A stretch of DNA of 53,997 nt from an uncultured Bacteroidota bacterium (GTDB lineage Bacteria > Bacteroidota > Bacteroidia > Flavobacteriales > TMED113): positions 1-53,997 of the forward strand of contig CACAKI010000004.1 of NCBI GenBank assembly GCA_902533035.1. The letters are read 5' to 3'. Both the position numbers and the translations under genes were made by a program. Positions 1 to 8,396 of the stretch are shown piece by piece; position 1 is the stretch's first letter, and each line of letters opens with the position of its first letter. The notes beneath the pieces were generated by a model that worked only from the letters and a program-made list of their open reading frames with translations, was not told the origin of the DNA and did not search any database.

Positions 1-1541
1 ATATACCCTTTATTTAAAACATATATTTTATTACAAAGAAAAGAAACAGTGCTTATATCATGAGAAATATAAATAATAGTATAATTATTATCTATATATA
101 ATTTTTTAATTAAGTTTAAAACATGTGATTGAGTATTTATATCTAATGCAGAAACGGATTCATCAAATATTATTATATCAGGTTTAGATAATAATACTCT
201 AGTAATACAAACTCTTTGTTTTTGACCACCCGATAATTGGTGAGGATATTTATTTAATATAGATTTATCTAAATCAACTTTTTTTAAACTACTTAAAATA
301 ATAGAATTATAATTTTTAAAATTTATATTATTTATTAATAATACTTCTTTTAAACAGTCTAATATTTTTTGTTTTGGGTTTAAAGAAGATTCTGGGTTTT
401 GAAAAACAAGTTGAATTTTTTTGTTTAATTTTTTTAAATCATTTTTTTTAAAATTTTTTATGTTTTTATTTTTATATAAAAAATCACCAGTATAATTATT
501 ATTAATTAAAGAAATAATATTAGACAGGGTTGTTTTTCCAGAGCCGGACCTTCCAATAATACCTATTATATCATTTTCTTTTAATTTTAAATTAATGTTT
601 TTTAAAGCAGTAAAATTTTTATAAAAAACAGATAAATTATTTAATTCTAAAATATTTTTAGAAATATTTTTTTTAAAAACAATGGGTTTTTTTTTAATAA
701 ACTTACCGTCTTTTAAAAAAGGTAAAAAAAATGGATTGTTAATAATTAAAGGTTTACAAAGAATTAAAGATTTTGTAAAGACATTTTTAGGGTTATTTAA
801 AACAACACTTGTTTTACCATGTTCTATAATTTTACCTTTATTTATTATTAAAATTTCCTCAGAATAATTTTTAACAACACTAACATCATGACTTATTAAC
901 AAAAGGGATATTTTGTTTTTTTTACATAACTTTTTTAATAGAACTAATATTTTGTTTTTTACATATGGATCTAAAGCGGTTGTTATTTCATCAGCTATAA
1001 TAATTTTAGAATTAAAAGCTAAAGAAAAAGAAATTAAAACCCTTTGTAATTGTCCACCTGATAGTTGGTGTGGATAAGAATAAAATATTTTTTCAGGGTT
1101 TTCTAATTCAACAGATTTAAAAAAACCTAAACAAAACTTTAATAATTCTTTTTTACTTAAATTTTTATTTTTTTTTAATAAACACTCACTTAACTGATAA
1201 CCACAAGTATAAACAGGGTTTAAAGAACCAAAAGGGTCTTGAAAAATAATAGAAGTATAAAGACCCCTATATAATAAATTGTCAGATTTATCAAAACCAA
1301 GAACACAAACGTTTTTATCTATAAAAATATTACCAGAGACAGAAATGCTGTTTGTTTTAGGTAGTAGATTTAAACAAGCTAAAGAAAGAATAGACTTACC
1401 ACAACCTGACGGCCCAACAATAGCAGTTGTTGTGTTTTTTTTAAAAGAAAAAGAAAAATTATCCAAAACTTTTTTTTCTGAACTATCTTCAAAAAAAGAA
1501 ACACAAAGGTTTTTTATATCTAAAATAGAGTTTGTTCTCAA
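1..1541 (-). CDS. Dual-domain ABC transporter ATP-binding protein (peptide/nickel DppD/F-like fusion); runs off the left edge; absent from the ORF track
   Basis: Manual translation from TTG at 1541 gives MRTNSILDIKNLCVSF. Walker A GPSGCGKS (~1415), signature YPHQLSGGQLQRV, second Walker A GRSGSGKT (~554) in the same frame, second YPHQLSGGQKQR, and H-loop YISHD near the edge. Confidence 0.9.
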   Translation of the reverse strand, partial: MRTNSILDIKNLCVSFFEDSSEKKVLDNFSFSFKKNTTTAIVGPSGCGKSILSLACLNLLPKTNSISVSGNIFIDKNVCVLGFDKSDNLLYRGLYTSIIFQDPFGSLNPVYTCGYQLSECLLKKNKNLSKKELLKFCLGFFKSVELENPEKIFYSYPHQLSGGQLQRVLISFSLAFNSKIIIADEITTALDPYVKNKILVLLKKLCKKNKISLLLISHDVSVVKNYSEEILIINKGKIIEHGKTSVVLNNPKNVFTKSLILCKPLIINNPFFLPFLKDGKFIKKKPIVFKKNISKNILELNNLSVFYKNFTALKNINLKLKENDIIGIIGRSGSGKTTLSNIISLINNNYTGDFLYKNKNIKNFKKNDLKKLNKKIQLVFQNPESSLNPKQKILDCLKEVLLINNINFKNYNSIILSSLKKVDLDKSILNKYPHQLSGGQKQRVCITRVLLSKPDIIIFDESVSALDINTQSHVLNLIKKLYIDNNYTIIYISHDISTVSFLCNKIYVLNKGY

Positions 1542-1543
1542 AA

Positions 1544-2704
1544 CTAAAGATAATCACTTAAAACCTCAGAAACATAAACCTCAAACGGTTTTGTGGGAAG
1601 GTCGGGGTTTTTTTTGTTTCTTAAATTTTTTCTACCCAAACGAACAATAATTAAATCATAATCAGGAACAACAACAACAAACTGTCCTAAAAAACCACGC
1701 ATATAATAAAAAGAAACCCCCAAAGAGCTACCCCTCCACCAACCATAAGAATAAAAATCAACAAGATTAGGGCTTAAAACTCTATCAAAATACCAATCTT
1801 TTAAAACAACAGAGGTGTCGTTTAAAACCCCCCGCTTTAAAAACAACCTACCAACTTTAGCAAAATCCTTAGCGTTACTATGAAAACAACAAAAACTTTT
1901 TACCACACCATTTTTATTATCTAAAGACCAAAGAGCATCCTCTTCTGCTCCTATTTTATTCCAAAAAACATCTGTCGCGTAGTCAGAAAAACCAATACCA
2001 AGACTGTCAACCAAAACCCTTTCAAGCATCAATGAGGCCAATTGAGTTGAGCCACTTTGGTAATAATAATCTAATCCCGGCTCTTTTATGAAAGAAAGAT
2101 TTAAAATAAGACCAGGTAGGTTTTTTGTTAAATAAGACTCTGCGGTAACATTAAAGGGATTAAAATAATTTTCTTTCCAATCTAAACCAGCGGACATATT
2201 TAACAAATCACCAATAGTAACATCTTTTTTGTTTTCAAAAAAAACCATATTAGGAAAAACGCTTTTCACAGTATGATCAAAACCAGACAAAAACCCATCA
2301 TCGACAGCAATCCCAACAATAACCGAAACAATACTTTTCGCCATAGAGAAAGAATTACTTTTATTATTTTTAACAGACCAACGCTCCCAATATTCCTCAA
2401 AAACAAGACTGTCTTTGTGTATAACAACAAAAGAATGTGTTTTATACTCCTCTAAAGTTTTTCTTAATTTTAAAGAGAGGGGTTTTTTATTATAATTAAC
2501 AGACTTTGGCCAAACAAAAGGTGTAACTGATTTTTTAATAGTGTCATTATAAAAAAACCTTGCATCATCCACTTGTGCGCTTTTTTCAAACCTAAAATAA
2601 GTAGACTTTAAACCACGAAAAATATAACCATAACCAAAAAGATACAGGCCCAAAACAAGTAAAAAAACAAAAGAAAAAAAATAATTAAAAATCCTTTTCA
2701 TCAA
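1544..2704 (-). CDS. Serine hydrolase, beta-lactamase/AmpC (NylB-like) family, N-terminally anchored
   Basis: SFSMAKS (SxxK), LLNMSAGL, YYYQSG, C-terminal MRGFLGQ, N-terminal hydrophobic segment. Confidence 0.85.
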   Translation of the reverse strand: MMKRIFNYFFSFVFLLVLGLYLFGYGYIFRGLKSTYFRFEKSAQVDDARFFYNDTIKKSVTPFVWPKSVNYNKKPLSLKLRKTLEEYKTHSFVVIHKDSLVFEEYWERWSVKNNKSNSFSMAKSIVSVIVGIAVDDGFLSGFDHTVKSVFPNMVFFENKKDVTIGDLLNMSAGLDWKENYFNPFNVTAESYLTKNLPGLILNLSFIKEPGLDYYYQSGSTQLASLMLERVLVDSLGIGFSDYATDVFWNKIGAEEDALWSLDNKNGVVKSFCCFHSNAKDFAKVGRLFLKRGVLNDTSVVLKDWYFDRVLSPNLVDFYSYGWWRGSSLGVSFYYMRGFLGQFVVVVPDYDLIIVRLGRKNLRNKKNPDLPTKPFEVYVSEVLSDYL

Positions 2705-3395
2705 CCAAATCTATATTAAAAACCTCTTTAAATTTTTTTTGAAAAACAACAGAAACCTCTTCTAAAAGAACCTCTTTTTTCAACTCAACACACAAAGAAG
2801 TTACGGATTTATCAGTAATACCACAAGGAACAATGCCACCAAACCGACTAAGATCAACAGACACATTAAAAGCAAGACCGTGCATAGTTACCCACCGGCT
2901 CGCCCTCACCCCCATTGCACAAACCTTTCTAGGAAAACCACCCTTAACACCCAACCAAACCCCCGTCGCCCCATCTAATCGCTCACCTAAAAGGTTATAT
3001 TTTTTTAAAACAAGAATAACAACCTCTTCCAAAAAACGAAGATATTTATGGATGTCTGTAAAAAAATTATCCAAATCAAAAATAGGATAAACAACAAGTT
3101 GTCCTGGCCCATGATAAGTTATGTCCCCACCACGATTGATTTTAAAAAAATCAATACCCTCCTTTTTTAAAGACTCACTATTTAATAATAAATTGTCTTT
3201 ATTTCCACTTTTTCCAAGCGTATAAACACCCGGGTGTTCACAAAACAATAAATAACTTTTTGTTTTTTTTTTGTTTTCAGGGTTATTTCTATTTTCTTTT
3301 TTTGTCTCAACAATAGACTTTAAAAGAGACTCTTGGAGCTCCCAAGCCTCCTTGAATTTTATAATTCCTAAATTTTTAAAAATAACTCTATTCAT
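2685..3395 (-). CDS. lipB: Lipoyl(octanoyl) transferase
   Basis: CEHPGVYTLG, RGGDITYHGPGQ, RKVCAMG, MHGLAFN, IVPCGI. ATG at 3395 is preferred over TTG at 3425, which would overlap the lysS promoter. Confidence 0.95.
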   Translation of the reverse strand: MNRVIFKNLGIIKFKEAWELQESLLKSIVETKKENRNNPENKKKTKSYLLFCEHPGVYTLGKSGNKDNLLLNSESLKKEGIDFFKINRGGDITYHGPGQLVVYPIFDLDNFFTDIHKYLRFLEEVVILVLKKYNLLGERLDGATGVWLGVKGGFPRKVCAMGVRASRWVTMHGLAFNVSVDLSRFGGIVPCGITDKSVTSLCVELKKEVLLEEVSVVFQKKFKEVFNIDLVDEKDF

Positions 3396-3413
3396 TTCTT
3401 TCGTTAATATATT

Positions 3414-3421
3414 TATATTTG
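3414..3421 (+). promoter_or_regulatory. Bacteroidota primary-sigma -7 element (TAnnTTTG) for lysS
   Basis: TATATTTG ends 16 nt upstream of the lysS GTG start. Confidence 0.65.
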
Positions 3422-3437
3422 ACAAAACATAATAATT

Positions 3438-4949
3438 GTGAGTGAATTAAATGAACAAGAAAAAATAAGAAGGGAGTCGTTAATTAAATTAAAAGAACTT
3501 GGGATAAACCCGTTTCCTGCAGAAGAATTTAAAACAACAACAACAAGCGTAGAAATAAAAGAAAATTATTCAGAAACAAAAAACAACCTTCAAAACGTTT
3601 GTTTGGCGGGAAGAATTATGAGTAGAAGGATAATGGGAAAAGCGTCTTTTGCAGAAATAAAAGACTTTAAGGGTAGAATACAGTTGTATTTAAATAGAGA
3701 TGAGATTTGTTCCGGGGAGGACAAAACAATGTATAATAACGTTTTTAAAAAACACCTAGACATAGGTGATATTATTGGTGTTGAGGGAAGGGTTTTTAAA
3801 ACAAAAGTGGGAGAAGTCAGCGTCTTTGTAAAAAAAATAACCCTTTTATCTAAGTCTATAAAACCACTACCTATAGTAAAAACAGACTCAGAGGGCGTGA
3901 CACACGACGCGTTTAAAGACACAGAATTAAGATACAGACAAAGATCATTAGACCTAATAGTAAACGATGGGGCGTGGGGTGTTTTTGAAAAAAGAACAAA
4001 TATTTTTAATGCAATAAGAAGTAGATTAAACAAAGAAGGGTACATAGAGGTTGAAACCCCAATATTACAACCAATAGTGGGTGGCGCAGCAGCAAGGCCA
4101 TTTATAACACACCACAACACACTAGACACACCATTATATTTAAGAATAGCCAACGAACTATATTTAAAAAGATTAATAGTTGGTGGTAAAGAAGGGGTTT
4201 ATGAGTTTGCAAAAGATTTTAGAAACGAAGGAATGGACAGAACACACAACCCAGAATTTACAATGTTAGAGTTTTATGTGGCTTATAAGGATTATAATTG
4301 GATGATGGGTTTTGTGGAAAGTTTACTTGAAGAAACAGTGAAAAGTGTTTGTGGAAAAACAAAAATAGAGTACTGTGGAGAAAAAATAGAATTTAAAGGC
4401 CCATATAAAAGAACACCCTTTTTTGAGGCTATTAAAAAAGAAACAGGGGATGATATATCTAAAATGACAGAAAAAGAACTACTTAAATATTGTAAGTCAA
4501 AAAACATAGAAACAAACAAAACAATGGGGAGGGGGAAATTGTTTGATGCTGTTTTTGGGGAGTTTTGTGAAGAAAAACTAATTCAACCCACATACATAAC
4601 AAACTACCCAATAGAAATGTCACCACTAACAAAAAAACACAGAAGCGAAGAGGGGTTAACAGAAAGGTTTGAGTTGTTTATTAACGGAAAAGAAATAGCA
4701 AACGCCTACTCAGAACAAAACAACCCAATAGAGCAAAGAAAAAGCCTTGAGGAACAAATGAGGCTGGGGGAAAGGGGTGATGATGAGGCGATGATTATAG
4801 ACAACCAATTTTTAACAGCGCTTGAATATGGTATGCCGCCAACATCAGGAATAGGAATAGGTATGGATAGGCTAACAATGCTTTTAACAAACAAAACATC
4901 AATACAAGATGTTTTGTTTTTTCCACAAATGAAACCAGAAAACAAATGA
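3438..4949 (+). CDS. lysS: Lysine--tRNA ligase (class II)
   Basis: OB-fold GRIMSRRIMGKASF, EVETPILQ, GGAAARPF, FRNEGMDRTHNPEF, YGMPPTSGIGIGMDRL. Confidence 0.98.
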   Translation: MSELNEQEKIRRESLIKLKELGINPFPAEEFKTTTTSVEIKENYSETKNNLQNVCLAGRIMSRRIMGKASFAEIKDFKGRIQLYLNRDEICSGEDKTMYNNVFKKHLDIGDIIGVEGRVFKTKVGEVSVFVKKITLLSKSIKPLPIVKTDSEGVTHDAFKDTELRYRQRSLDLIVNDGAWGVFEKRTNIFNAIRSRLNKEGYIEVETPILQPIVGGAAARPFITHHNTLDTPLYLRIANELYLKRLIVGGKEGVYEFAKDFRNEGMDRTHNPEFTMLEFYVAYKDYNWMMGFVESLLEETVKSVCGKTKIEYCGEKIEFKGPYKRTPFFEAIKKETGDDISKMTEKELLKYCKSKNIETNKTMGRGKLFDAVFGEFCEEKLIQPTYITNYPIEMSPLTKKHRSEEGLTERFELFINGKEIANAYSEQNNPIEQRKSLEEQMRLGERGDDEAMIIDNQFLTALEYGMPPTSGIGIGMDRLTMLLTNKTSIQDVLFFPQMKPENK

Positions 4950-5365
4950 AAATAACAATAGGTTGTGATCACGCGGGAATAGAATACAAATCAAAAATTG
5001 TAGAGTTTTTAGAAAAAGAAAACCACAAGGTTTTAGATGTTGGAACATTTACCAAAGAAAGCGTAGATTACCCAGAGTACGCACATCTAGTTTCTGAAGA
5101 GGTTTTAACTGGTGCTGATTTTGGGGTATTAATTTGCGGAAGCGGTAATGGGGTTAGTATGGCGGCAAATAAACACCAAGGAATTCGCGCAGCACTTTGT
5201 TGGAATGAAGAAATAACCAAACTAGCAAGACAACACAACAACGCTAATATAATTTCTATACCAGCTCGCTTTCTTTCTTTAGAAAAATCAATAGAATTAA
5301 TCAAGATATTTTTAATAGAAAAATTTGAGGGTGGTCGGCACCAAAGAAGGGTTGAAAAAATTTAA
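4946..5365 (+). CDS. rpiB: Ribose-5-phosphate isomerase B
   Basis: IGCDHAG, ICGSGNG, ARQHNNAN, FEGGRHQRR. Confidence 0.97.
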   Translation: MKITIGCDHAGIEYKSKIVEFLEKENHKVLDVGTFTKESVDYPEYAHLVSEEVLTGADFGVLICGSGNGVSMAANKHQGIRAALCWNEEITKLARQHNNANIISIPARFLSLEKSIELIKIFLIEKFEGGRHQRRVEKI

Positions 5366-5378
5366 AAAAACACACACC

Positions 5379-5404
5379 ATGAAAAAACTAATATTATTAC
5401 TATT
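5379..5404 (+). repeat. 26-bp direct repeat, copy 1 (ATGAAAAAACTAATATTATTACTATT)
   Basis: Identical to 6855-6880. Confidence 0.9.
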
Positions 5405-6836
5405 AACAACACCAACGCTTTCTTTTTCTCAATACACAATTATTCCAGATGAGGGTTTTGTGAACTGGTTAGAGAACTACACAAACATTTCGTTTTACGA
5501 AATAGACGGGGAGGCGGCCGTGTTAAACAGTGAGATTAGTGGAATAGAGACCCTAAGCATTACACAGAGTGGTTATAATATTTCTGATTTAACAGGGATA
5601 GGGGGCTTCACATCACTAGAAACACTATACATTAAAAATCAATCAGGGTTAACAAGCCTAGATGTTTCACAAAACGTGTTTTTAGATTACCTCAACTGCT
5701 CAGACAATAATTTATTTGAGCTTGATGTTACAGGAAATGTTTTTTTAGAGTATTTAGAAACAGAAAACAACAACCTCACAACAATCAACACCTCTAACAA
5801 TCCGTTTTTATCAACATTGGGCGCAGAAAATAATATGTTGTCCACACTCGATTTAAGCTCTAACACAACACTAGATTATTTATATCTTAATGATAATAAT
5901 TTTTTTAACATTGACATAACCAACAACACAGACCTAAAAACATTAGAAATAAATGACAATTATTTATATAATATTGATTTATCACAAAACCTAGAGCTAG
6001 CAAACTTAAGAATAATGAATAATTATTTATTAGAACTAAACACAATATTAAACGAGGGACTAACCACGTTGTTTTGTCAAAACAACCCCGTTCAATGCAT
6101 ACAAGTGTCTAATCCAACAGCATACTCACAATCGAATAATTTTCTGTGTGATAGTGAAGACACATGGTCTTTAGATTGTGGTTATGAAATAATAAACAAT
6201 GGTTGTGACACGCTATATGTAGATAATTTTATTTATGAGACACTGTGGGACACGTTATATGTAGACAGCTTTATTTACGAGACACTATGGGACACGCTAT
6301 ATGTAGACAACTTTATTTATGAGACACTGTGGGACACGTTATATGTAGATAATTTTATTACAGACACCGTTATAGAAACCGAATATATAGAGGTGTTAGA
6401 AACAGACACATTATATGTAGACAACTTTATTTATGAGACACTGTGGGACACGTTATATGTAGATAATTTTATTACAGACACCGTTATAGAAACTGAATAT
6501 ATAGAGGTGTTAGAAATAGACACGTTATATATAGACAACTTTATTTATGAGACGATTTTGGACACGTTATATGTAGATAATTTTATTTATGAAACCATTT
6601 GGGACACGTTATATGTAGACAATTTTATTACAGACACCATTATAGATTATATAAATGTGATGGTTACAGAATACATCGATTGTGACACAGGGTTGCCTTG
6701 TGGGGAAACGGGTATTTTAGAAATTATAAACAACTCTAAAAACAACAATAAAATATATAATTTACTTGGTCAAGAAATACTAAGAAGAGAGGGTGTATAT
6801 ATAGAGGGGGGTCAGGTAAAGTATAGATTAAAATAA
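5379..6836 (+). CDS. Secreted leucine-rich-repeat protein with a DTLYVDNFI tandem-repeat stalk and a short T9SS CTD-like tail
   Basis: Signal peptide MKKLILLLL...FSQ from ATG 5379; IPDxxF cap; about nine 21-aa LRRs (LTSLDVSQNVFLDYLNCSDNN type); repeat stalk; tail IYNLLGQ...GVYIEGGQVKYRLK. Confidence 0.8.
   Translation: MKKLILLLLTTPTLSFSQYTIIPDEGFVNWLENYTNISFYEIDGEAAVLNSEISGIETLSITQSGYNISDLTGIGGFTSLETLYIKNQSGLTSLDVSQNVFLDYLNCSDNNLFELDVTGNVFLEYLETENNNLTTINTSNNPFLSTLGAENNMLSTLDLSSNTTLDYLYLNDNNFFNIDITNNTDLKTLEINDNYLYNIDLSQNLELANLRIMNNYLLELNTILNEGLTTLFCQNNPVQCIQVSNPTAYSQSNNFLCDSEDTWSLDCGYEIINNGCDTLYVDNFIYETLWDTLYVDSFIYETLWDTLYVDNFIYETLWDTLYVDNFITDTVIETEYIEVLETDTLYVDNFIYETLWDTLYVDNFITDTVIETEYIEVLEIDTLYIDNFIYETILDTLYVDNFIYETIWDTLYVDNFITDTIIDYINVMVTEYIDCDTGLPCGETGILEIINNSKNNNKIYNLLGQEILRREGVYIEGGQVKYRLK
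6207..6644 (+). repeat. In-frame coding tandem repeat of 42-bp unit A (DTLYVDNFIYETLW) and 72-bp unit B (DTLYVDNFITDTVIETEYIEVLET), order AAABABAAB'
   Basis: Units start at 6207, 6249, 6291, 6333, 6405, 6447, 6519, 6561 and 6603; the differences are mostly synonymous. Confidence 0.95.
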
Positions 6837-6854
6837 AATAAAAAAAATTAAATA

Positions 6855-6880
6855 ATGAAAAAACTAATATTATTACTATT
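6855..6880 (+). repeat. 26-bp direct repeat, copy 2
   Basis: Identical to 5379-5404. Confidence 0.9.
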
Positions 6881-8396
6881 TATCTGGGGGCAAACCCTCT
6901 CACAAATAGAGGTTGTTGGAAACCAAATTACAGTAGAAAAACTAAAAACACACATTACTATTTTGGCATCAGACTCTTTGGAGGGAAGGGAGGTTGGTCA
7001 GCCTGGAGAAATAATGGCGGCAGAATACATGTCTAATTATTTTAACCAACTTGGAATACCCCCATACAAAGACTCTACCTATTATCAAGAAATACCACTT
7101 GAAAAAAGGCTAATAGAGAGCGCTAATATCAAAGTGGATGGGGTTCAATATGAATTTAAAGAAGATTTTTATACCTATCCAAACTTTAGCCAAACACGAA
7201 TTAGGTCAAAAGATATTGTTTTTTTAGGATACGGTATAGACACAGAAACATATAGTGACTATAACACAAATGTAGAAGGAAAGGTTATTATGATTTTTAA
7301 TGGAGAACCAAAAGATAATAATGGTAATTATCTTGTTTCTGGAGGAAAAGAAAAAAGCCCGGAGTCTAACTGGAAAATGAAATTAAACATGGCAAAACAA
7401 AATGGAGTTAAAGCGGTTTTGTTCATTACAGAAAATTATAAATCAAACTATAAAAGAGTGGAACATAAAATAAATCATCCAGGGGTTTCTCTTTCAAAAA
7501 AAGAAGAACCAATACCATTTTTTTACATAAGTAAAAAAATGGCTAACGATATATTAGGAAAAAATAAAACAGCAAAAATTCAAAAAAAAATAAAATCCAA
7601 AAAAAGATCATATAACAAATTAATTAACAAAAGTGTTTTTTTAGCAACCCAAAACAATGATGATTTTTTTACAGGAAAGAATGTTCTTGCCTTTATCGAA
7701 GGAACAGACCCAGAGTTAAAAAATGAAATTATTGTAATTACAGCACACTATGACCATATAGGGATAATTGATGGTTTAATTCATAACGGCGCAGACGATA
7801 ATGCAACAGGAACAGCCGCGCTTTTAGAAATAGCAGCAGCCTTTCAGCTTGCAAAAAAATCAGGATACGAATTTAAAAGAAGCATTCTGTGTTTTCCAAA
7901 TTCAGCAGAAGAAAAAGGGTTGTTAGGATCGTATTATTATGTTGAAAACCCAGAGTTTCCATTAGAAAACACAATTGCGTGTTTAAATGTAGACATGATA
8001 GGAAGAATGGATAAGTTTCATCCAAATGATAGTAACTATGTTTATTTAATAGGTGCAGACAAATTAAGCACAGACCTGCATAATATTTCTGAGAAATCAA
8101 ATAAAAAATACACCAACCTAGAATTAGACTACACCTTTAATAATCCAAATGACCCAAATAGGTTTTATTATAGATCAGATCATTATAATTTTGCAAAAAA
8201 AAACATTCCTTCAATATTTTATTTTAGTGGAGTCCATAAGGATTATCACAAACACACAGATACTATGGAAAAATTAGTTTATGAAAAAGTAGAAAAAATA
8301 GCTAGGTTAATTTTTTATACTGCCTGGGAGCTTTCTAACGCAGAAAGCCGCCCAATTGTGGACAAGGAAAACGAATTTAAACTTAATAGGTATTAA
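6855..8396 (+). CDS. M28 family metallopeptidase with PA domain
   Basis: Signal peptide; LASDSLEGR; TAHYDH, GADDNATG, SAEEKGLLGS, LNVDMIG, RSDHY, DYHKHTD. Confidence 0.93.
   Translation: MKKLILLLFIWGQTLSQIEVVGNQITVEKLKTHITILASDSLEGREVGQPGEIMAAEYMSNYFNQLGIPPYKDSTYYQEIPLEKRLIESANIKVDGVQYEFKEDFYTYPNFSQTRIRSKDIVFLGYGIDTETYSDYNTNVEGKVIMIFNGEPKDNNGNYLVSGGKEKSPESNWKMKLNMAKQNGVKAVLFITENYKSNYKRVEHKINHPGVSLSKKEEPIPFFYISKKMANDILGKNKTAKIQKKIKSKKRSYNKLINKSVFLATQNNDDFFTGKNVLAFIEGTDPELKNEIIVITAHYDHIGIIDGLIHNGADDNATGTAALLEIAAAFQLAKKSGYEFKRSILCFPNSAEEKGLLGSYYYVENPEFPLENTIACLNVDMIGRMDKFHPNDSNYVYLIGADKLSTDLHNISEKSNKKYTNLELDYTFNNPNDPNRFYYRSDHYNFAKKNIPSIFYFSGVHKDYHKHTDTMEKLVYEKVEKIARLIFYTAWELSNAESRPIVDKENEFKLNRY

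Noticed and set aside
6207-6644. The repeat array as a CRISPR array or DGR template
   Set aside because: There are no unique spacers, unit lengths are multiples of 3 within an ORF, variation is mostly synonymous rather than adenine-specific, and no cas or reverse transcriptase gene is present.
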